A DNA stretch of 64,000 nt, from contig NW_005202176.1 of assembly GCF_000372725.1 (NCBI RefSeq), forward strand, positions 291,152 through 355,151, given 5' to 3'. Within the stretch, counting starts at the first letter, position 1; each line of letters begins with the position of its first letter. Of this stretch, positions 57,101 to 64,000 are shown piece after piece. The notes beneath the pieces were generated by a model that saw only the letters and a list, made by a program, of their open reading frames with translations, had not been told where the DNA came from and ran no database searches. Source of the DNA: Emiliania huxleyi CCMP1516. Its lineage: Eukaryota. Made by a program: the position numbers and the translations under genes.

Positions 57101-57389
57101 TCCGTAGGACGGGCGCGGTCGGTCGTGGCCTGGCGGCGGCACTCGCCTCCGGCCTGGCCAGCGTCAAAGCGAGTCGCCCAGGCTCCCTGCTGGGCGGCTC
57201 GCGTCGTGTTTGTAACGGTTCGAAGAAGCTCTTTGTTCACGGTTGCACCGTGAACAGGAGATTGGTCGAGGCTATGCACAAGCGATGCGCGTAGACTCCG
57301 TGTGGCTCTGGGCTGCAGCCTGTTAGAGAGCCGAGTCGCTTTAATAGCACGGCCGGGCACGGTCGTACCTCGCGTGCCCTCTGTGCGAA
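51169..57389 (+). mobile_element. Non-autonomous split-direct-repeat element (A1 - internal - B1A2 - spacer - B2), PAT/TOC1-like DIRS-order architecture
   Basis: A (211 bp): 51169-51379 = 55883-56093. B (227 bp): 55657-55883 = 57163-57389. B1 and A2 abut with 1 nt overlap; no RT or recombinase ORF recognised. Confidence 0.75.
51660..55430. repeat. Tandem array of ten ~380 bp units
   Basis: CAAGTGTC anchor at 51660, 52039, 52417, 52798, 53177, 53556, 53937, 54317, 54698, 55036, 55415 (periods 378-381, one 338 bp deleted unit). Confidence 0.97.
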
Positions 57390-57586
57390 AAACCGCCCAT
57401 TTTAATTCATAGCGGCCGCGGGTTGCTCGGATTACTTTTCCCTCGAAGACTAGTTTTTTGGCGTTCCGGTGCCTACAAAAAATATTCCGTATGATATCGA
57501 GCTGACCACGGGCACGGCGCACGGGGTTTGCGGCGATCACTGTCCTACCAGCGGGCACAGTGGGCCGCGGACACCCGTGAATGACC

Positions 57587-57981
57587 TTAACGCCCATGCT
57601 CCGAGTTTTCGACTCCGCAGCTCGCTACGTCGACCAGGGAGGAGGCAAACGGAAAGGTGCCTTTGCCGTGTACCTGGAGCCGTGGCACGTCGACGTGGAG
57701 GACTTTCTGGAGCTTCGCAAAAATCACGGCAAGGAAGAGAACCGCGAGCGGACCTCGGGTGGTCTCTCTTCTGCCCGCATGAGTGCCCTAGACTCGACAA
57801 AACATACGGTGACGAGTTTGAAGAGCTGTACGAACAGTACGAGCGAGAGGGCAAGGCGCGCAAGACGATTCAGGCGCAAACGCTGTGGTTGAAGATTATC
57901 GAGTCGCAGACGGAGACGGGTACGCCGTACATGCTGTACAAGGACGCGATCAACAAGAAGTCGAACCAGGCAAACGTTGGA
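57587..57981 (+). pseudogene. RNR1: Ribonucleotide reductase large subunit (class Ia) internal fragment with deletion and frameshift
   Basis: [51 protein letters not shown], frameshift, [10 protein letters not shown]...[29 protein letters not shown]. Confidence 0.9.
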
Positions 57982-58434
57982 ATTACCACTTTATACAGAC
58001 AACTGTCGACAATCTGCAAGACACGTTGAAGCGCATAAAGACGATGCCGATGACGCATCTGCAGGCCATTTCATCGCGAGCGCAAGCGCAAGATAGAGTA
58101 GATGGAGAAGGAGAAGATGCAGGGCAGAGTGTTCGTCATGAAGTTACCTTCTCACAAACTTGCTGCAAAGAAAGCCGGCGTTTCTATGAATGGAACTCGA
58201 GGTCAGTGCGCACAAAGAATGAATGAGAGGCAACGGCTGTGCGGAATACAATTGTCCCGTTATGGTAGCGGTGAAGATATACACAAAAAAAATCGACAGC
58301 CAGAGGGTTCCCGATCCATCACCTTGCTCCTTGGGGGGGGGGGCTCAGACCCCCCCCTGAGATCCATCACCTTGGGGGGTGGGTCCAGACCCCCCCCTGA
58401 GATGATCCGACGGGTTGGTTTTACCGCGCATCGT

Positions 58435-59268
58435 TCATGAGCACGCACTGGTCTCGCTCGCTTTAGGAGCCTTGCAGTGCCCCCTGCGCAAACTCAGGTG
58501 TGCAGCAGTCGTGTAACTCGAGCGGCGGTTGTCCCATATGGTAGCATTGGGGTGAGCCGTCAGCAAGCGCACGAGGACAACGCACTCATAATACATGGTG
58601 TGGAAGCGTCCAGGCGCCAGCGCGTCACATCGTGGCTGGAGGCTGTTTCTGTGCAGCAGCTCGCCGCATCCTCCCTTGGCCGCCACGACGCTCGCAAAGA
58701 CCACGGGTGCTGCCAACCGCGTGCAGATCCACCCCTTGTCGTCGAAGTCGAATCGAGAGACCTCCTGTTGCTCGGGCCGTCGCAGCCCGATGAAGCCGAC
58801 GATGCCCTCGGCGTCACCGACACTCGGCGGCAGGGCACCGTGAAAGTTGGTCAGCACGTCGAAGCGGTGGCGCACCACAAACGCGTGCCCGACCCCGTAC
58901 TGCTGTTCGAACGCCTCCATGAGCCGAAAAGCTCGTCGGATGCCCTCAAACATCACGAGAAATGTGCACATTTCCGGGGAGGTCTCACTGAAGTTGCTGC
59001 ACCCTCGCCAAGCACAGCGGTAGGGCCCGCTGCTGTACACCTCGGACGCAGCGGGTTGCAGCGAGCGCAGCGCGACCAGGAGGGTCTCGGTGCTGGAAGC
59101 GTTCGGCTTGAGGTACTCGTGGTGGAGGCTGGCGAAGAGGTTCATGGTCTCTGGCGGCCCTCCTCCGAGCAGGTGGTGGCGCAGGAGCAGCGCCGTCTGG
59201 GGAGTGAGGTACGGAGCTGCACCGGAGAGGCAAATGGCAAACCGCACTCGCTGGACCGAAGACGCCAT
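58435..59268 (-). CDS. Putative glycosyltransferase-like protein
   Basis: Intronless ORF with RFAICLSG...FVVRHRFDV...DFDDKGW, resembling the 'IAxCxSG...RxRxD' algal/viral family; start uncertain. Confidence 0.55.
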   Translation of the reverse strand: MASSVQRVRFAICLSGAAPYLTPQTALLLRHHLLGGGPPETMNLFASLHHEYLKPNASSTETLLVALRSLQPAASEVYSSGPYRCAWRGCSNFSETSPEMCTFLVMFEGIRRAFRLMEAFEQQYGVGHAFVVRHRFDVLTNFHGALPPSVGDAEGIVGFIGLRRPEQQEVSRFDFDDKGWICTRLAAPVVFASVVAAKGGCGELLHRNSLQPRCDALAPGRFHTMYYECVVLVRLLTAHPNATIWDNRRSSYTTAAHLSLRRGHCKAPKASETSACS

Positions 59269-61663
59269 AGACGCCAACCTGTATATCTGGAGAAGGAGGG
59301 CGCCTGTGTTCTCGAGAACCTCGAGGTGGATATCCTTTGGCCGCGTTGGGTAGCGAGGATTGGTGTAACCCGAGCCACGGAGGCGTGTTTTCTGGCGGCC
59401 GACCGTCAGTGCACGGAGTTGCCACTTCTCCGACTGCCCCGGCTAGTTCCCGAGGTCGTCGGGTGTGACCCCTTCGTCCCCCGAGACCTAGCGCGGGTGG
59501 GTTGGAGGGGGCTCGCCCCGTTCCTCCCCATCGGGCCGCGTGAGCGGCCACGCCTCGCAGATTCGTTTCTCGCGCCTGGGTCAGGCGCGCGGGGCATCCC
59601 CCGGGTCGCTCGACCAGCGATCCGAAGAGTGGCCGCTATGCGAGGGAAAGAGCGGGGCCCTCGACGCCTCAGTCCGGCCCTCCGAGGGGGGAAGGGAAGT
59701 GCGGGGTCCCCACGGGCGCCTCAGTTCGGCCCTCCCGAGGGGGGGAGGGGAGCAAGGGGGTGGGGGGATCAGGGTGGTGGGGAGGGGTCTCGGTTTCATG
59801 TGGCTATTACTTGCCTGCGTCTAAATTTAGTGCGGTGTGAAGTGTTTATCGATCTCCCGGAGTGGTTCGATTCCACATAAATCCGAGACGGTGATGGATG
59901 CGTCGTACGGTGGTCTCATGCCCAGTGAGGTAGTGCATCTGGCCACTCCTGATCCTGCTGAACAAGCTCCTCTTGTAGCTCGATCGGTCACACCGCCATC
60001 GCCGTCGGGGAGAGGGGGGACGACACTGCTTCGGCAGCGTGCACCTCGATCCTGTACCGTGTTTGTTATGACCCCCCCCGATGAACACACCAGTGAGGGA
60101 GGGCGAGACGATCGAGGGGTCCCGTACCACGCGGAATCGGCCCTATCCAGTGCTCAAGTGCTCAAGCTGTGGTGTGGCCGGGAAGCCGTGCTAAAGGTGC
60201 GTGCCCGCACTAAAGATGCGGGACCCACACTAAATGTACTGCAGCTGCCCGCACCTAAAGTGAACTAAATGTGGCGCTAAATTGGAGATAAAACACACTA
60301 AATATGTGCTAAATATGTGCTAAATTTGCGCTAAATTTGCGCTAAAATTGCGCTAAATTTGTGCTAAATTTGTGCTAAATTCGCGCTAGAGACGCACTAC
60401 ACACGCACTCGAACACACACTAAATAGCGCACTAAACTATCACTAAAGTTCATTCACACGCACTAAATTTAGACCCAGGCGCCCTCCGGAGAACAAGTCG
60501 ATCAAAGAGATATATTTCCCATTTCGTGCACAAAGAGCACAAAGGTGGCACCCTCGGCCAGCTGAAGCTCTCGACTCGTCGACCGAACTCTGGACGATGC
60601 CGACCTCAAACCACCAGCGCCAGGAACGACGTGCCGCGGCTCGCCGCGCATCTGTTGCGACCGACGACGTGCCCGACGCCGTCCCGCGGCCGCCAGGAAG
60701 AGGCCCGCGCGACCACTTCTGGGACCCGCGGCCGCCGGGCGTGTGGCGGCACAACGAGTCGAACGAACCGAACCAGCGCAGAGCGGCGCGTCTCACGAGC
60801 GCCCGCGGCCGCCACGCCGCCGCCGTCCGCGGCCGACGGTGGTCGCGAATCAACGCGGCGCGGTGCACCGCTGCGCCTGTCCTTCCGCGCCGCTGGACGT
60901 CGGCCGAGAAGACCGCTTCCCTCTGGGGACCCGACTCCGCGAAGATCGCGCGCGCGTCGTGAGTGGCGGCGCGCGCGCGATCTCTGTTCCCGGGCACGCC
61001 GGTCGCAGTGGCATGGGATCCCAGGCTCAAAAGCGCTCAACAGCGAGCTGCTCCTCCTCCTGCCGCCGCTCCGCTCACCAAGACAACTCGGTGCCGCCGT
61101 TCTCGCCGCCGCCGCCGCCGCCGCCGCCTCGCGCCTTGCCTCCGTCACCGCCGCCCTCCATCTCGCAGCGGCGCGTCCCTCTGATGGCGCGGGCTCCTCG
61201 CTCGTTGGCGCCTCGCCGCCGCCCCCCCTCTCGCCGCCGCTCCGCTCGTGGCCGCCCCATCCCCTGTCAATCCCGCCGCCTCCCCTGTCGATCCCCCCCA
61301 CCGCCGCCACCGCCTCGCGCGTTTAGCGGGCCTTTAAGCTTAGGAATCCTAAATAGAGGTAGGGGGTGCCCACAGGACCCAAAAGAAAATAGCTTTCCGC
61401 CTCAAAAAGGGACGCACGAGGCAAATCTGATGTTGGAGTGTTCCAATAGGAGCGAGGCCTCTTCCGTTGGGGGACAGCCTATAAAGAAAAGAAACGCAAT
61501 GTCGAAGGTGCCACCTTATCAACCACAAAAATAGGCCCGCGCGTGCTGCGCGGCCGTGCGCGGGCCCGGCGAGCGACTAGCGAGCCAACCTGCTAGTAAA
61601 ACAGATTTCAAAGCGTCTGAGAATTGCGCGTAGCCCGCGACAGGCGCGATCAGCTGGGCCGCG

Positions 61664-62671
61664 ATTGACGACAACCCGTTCGCTTCCTTCGCGTTCGACG
61701 CTAACCAGCCTGCTGCTCCGAAGCGGCCGCGCGTCACGTCGAGCCCCAAGGCGTCGGCGCCGTCCGGCAGCAGCGCTGCGGCAAAGGCGTCGGCGCCGTC
61801 CGCTAGCAGCGCTGCGGCAAAGGCGAGTCCGGCCAAGCCGGCGCCATCTGCGAGTCCCGCGCCGCTGTCCGCGGCGGAGAAGTTGCGGGAGTACCGTCTA
61901 ATCGCCAGCTTCCGCCAGGGCAAGCGCGCAAGCGTCGACGACTTTCATCGCTTTCTTCTCTCGCTCGGCACGGGCGAGGAGCCCGGCGTCGGCGACCCGC
62001 GGCACGGCATGTTCTGGGCGCTCGTCGCCAGTCTGCTTTCGGTGCAGTGCCGCGACCGCGTTGCGCTGGCGGCGACGCGCGCCATGCTTAGGCTGTGCGC
62101 CGGCGAGGGCGCCGCGGGCGTTGCGGCTCTCGGCGAGGAGGAGCTGCTGCGGCTGGTGCACAGCTGCAACTTTTGCGCCTCCAAGGCGAGGTACGTCCGG
62201 GCGGCGGCCGAGCACGCGCAGCGGCACGGCGGGCGCGTCCCGCGCGAGTACGACGCGCTGGTCCAGCTTCCCGGCGTGGGTCCCAAGATTGCACACCTCA
62301 TGCGCAGCGTGGCGTTTGGGGAGGCGGAGGCGGGGATCGTCGTGGACACGCACGTGTTTCGCGTGGCGACCCGGCTGGGCTGGGTGGACGGGGCCGCCGC
62401 GCGTGCGGGGCCAGAGGGCGTGCGCGTGCAGCTCGAGAGGTGGGTCCCGCGCGAGGAGCGCGTCGGCTTCACCCTCGCCGTGGTCGGCTTCGGCCAGCTC
62501 GCGCGCGGAGGCGGCGGCTGGGGCGGGGCGCTGGTGGAGCACGCAAGCAGCGGGGCGCGCGCGACGCGGCTGCCCGACAGCGATGCCGCTGAGGCCGAGT
62601 CTTGCGTGGCCTCAGAGGCGAACATAGAGCTCGCAAAGTCCATCGTGGCGCGGATGGACGCGTCAGGTTAG
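61664..62671 (+). CDS. HhH-GPD DNA glycosylase, endonuclease III (Nth)-like; no ATG at the apparent start
   Basis: LVASLLSVQCRD, HhH LVQLPGVGPKIAHL, IVVDTHVFRVATRLGW; frame open from stop at 61631-61633. Confidence 0.8.
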   Translation: MDDNPFASFAFDANQPAAPKRPRVTSSPKASAPSGSSAAAKASAPSASSAAAKASPAKPAPSASPAPLSAAEKLREYRLIASFRQGKRASVDDFHRFLLSLGTGEEPGVGDPRHGMFWALVASLLSVQCRDRVALAATRAMLRLCAGEGAAGVAALGEEELLRLVHSCNFCASKARYVRAAAEHAQRHGGRVPREYDALVQLPGVGPKIAHLMRSVAFGEAEAGIVVDTHVFRVATRLGWVDGAAARAGPEGVRVQLERWVPREERVGFTLAVVGFGQLARGGGGWGGALVEHASSGARATRLPDSDAAEAESCVASEANIELAKSIVARMDASG

Positions 62672-63474
62672 CGGTAGCAAGGGGTGACACCACCTCCGAG
62701 CGTCGCACTTTGGGCACTCATACGTGCTACTGTATTCAATGGGTTGCGAGAAAGTTGTTCACAAAGCGGCGCGCGTGTCATCGGGGCCGTCACACAGGCG
62801 CTTTAAAATATATTGACTTCACCCGCCGCCGCCGCTGTCGAACCACGACAGCACCGCTCCCACTTGGCCATCCACGGCGGCCTTCCGAATGCTTGCAGGG
62901 ACGTCGCCGCCGCGCGACGGATGAGGCGGCGAGTGGCGCGCTGCGGACATAGCGCGAAAGATTTTACCGAAAAAGAGAATTTTACACCACAACACAATAA
63001 TATGTGTTTTGGTTTTAAAAGAAACGGGGAATGAGGGGCCCCGCCACGAGGAGTGCGTTTTGGGGATGCAGAGCGCGCAAGGGGGTAGGGATGAGGCCGC
63101 AAAAGAGGCGCGCGAGGCAAGCAAGGAGGATGTCCGGCTGCAGCGCCGGCTCGAGCACACGAGCAGCACGGCCAGGGAGGTCTGTGTAACAGTGAATATT
63201 GCGCCTGTGGCTCGCGAAAAAAGTCGAGACGAAGGTTTCACAAATCCGAATCGCTTCACATTTCTTCCACGTTCCACCCCTCCCCTGTCTGCTATAGCCG
63301 CAGCCACTCCCAGCTGCTCGGTGTGAACAGAGTTCGTACACCGAGCAGCAGGGAGCAACTCGAGATCCCTCGAGAGTTCACGCGGAGTCGGCTGGGGCTA
63401 TAAAAAAGACAGACCCCTCCCTACCCGAGACACACATCATCCACCCACCACCGACAATCACCGAGCGCTTGCTC

Positions 63475-63954
63475 ATGACCAAGCTGCTGCTCGTCACCTT
63501 CCTCGCCACGGCGTCGGCCCTCAAGGTGGCCGGCGGCCCCGTTGTGCCCCAGCCCGCCGTCAAGCCGTCCTCGACGTCGACCGCCCTCCAGCTGCGCGGC
63601 GGCGGCATGGTCGACCAAGGCGTGTGGCTCAAGGCGGCTTCGGCCTTCTTCGGCTTGTACGGCGTCGGCTTCCTGCTCGCCCCAGAGATGACCATCACCC
63701 AGAACTTTGTCGTCACGCCCGACAAGTACCACTCCTTCTTCGCACGCAACATTGGGCTGTGCATCCTGTACACGGTGTATCTGCTCAACTACAAGATGGA
63801 CGTTGCGGCAGCTGTGCCCGCGCTGGTCGCGTACATGGCCATCTGCGCTGTCGTCGGCCCGGTGTATGCCGAGCTCAAGCTGGAGACCACGCCGGCGCAC
63901 AAGGCCGCCCTGCTCATGGTTCCGTTTATCGTGACCGGGCTGCTTGCGCTTTAA
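63475..63954 (+). CDS. Small membrane protein with signal peptide, LRGG motif and ~4 TM helices
   Basis: MTKLLLVTFLATASA, ALQLRGGG, four hydrophobic segments, strong GC3 bias. Confidence 0.8.
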   Translation: MTKLLLVTFLATASALKVAGGPVVPQPAVKPSSTSTALQLRGGGMVDQGVWLKAASAFFGLYGVGFLLAPEMTITQNFVVTPDKYHSFFARNIGLCILYTVYLLNYKMDVAAAVPALVAYMAICAVVGPVYAELKLETTPAHKAALLMVPFIVTGLLAL

Positions 63955-64000
63955 GCCCGGTCATACTCTCGCACGTGTGCACAACGCTCTGGTGAGTCAA

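Noticed and set aside
58313..58403. G-run/C-run hairpin tandem duplicate as terminator
   Set aside because: No U-tract and eukaryotic context; likely a repeat terminus.

Overview
GC-rich eukaryotic genomic DNA with short introns, many GC-AG donors and 10-11 bp intronic tandem repeats. This style is most consistent with a haptophyte such as Emiliania/Gephyrocapsa huxleyi (inference, not verified). The window holds about 17 plausible intact genes: glycosyltransferase-like proteins, a SHOCT/extensin membrane protein, Dpy-30, PUB-UBX, HTTM-like, MORN, OEP61-like TPR, sulfotransferase, GNAT, alpha/beta hydrolase, ankyrin and others. It also holds a striking number of broken gene fragments: ABC transporter, GT8, P3A H+-ATPase, PurE, prolyl hydroxylase-like, methylmalonyl-CoA mutase and ribonucleotide reductase. 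A nested mobile-element cluster spans about 48-58 kb. Best leads: (1) a 6.2 kb non-coding element with perfect split direct repeats A...BA...B (PAT/TOC1-type tyrosine-recombinase retroelement architecture) carrying ten ~380 bp tandem units; (2) a recurring pattern in which 10-11 bp repeat tracts sit between duplicated copies of exon ends, creating new splice sites, plus a clean AG|GT tandem duplication that could be a newborn intron; (3) a CRE-like RLE retrotransposon present twice, each copy with an 8 bp target-site duplication starting CAG. All alignments and family calls were made by eye.
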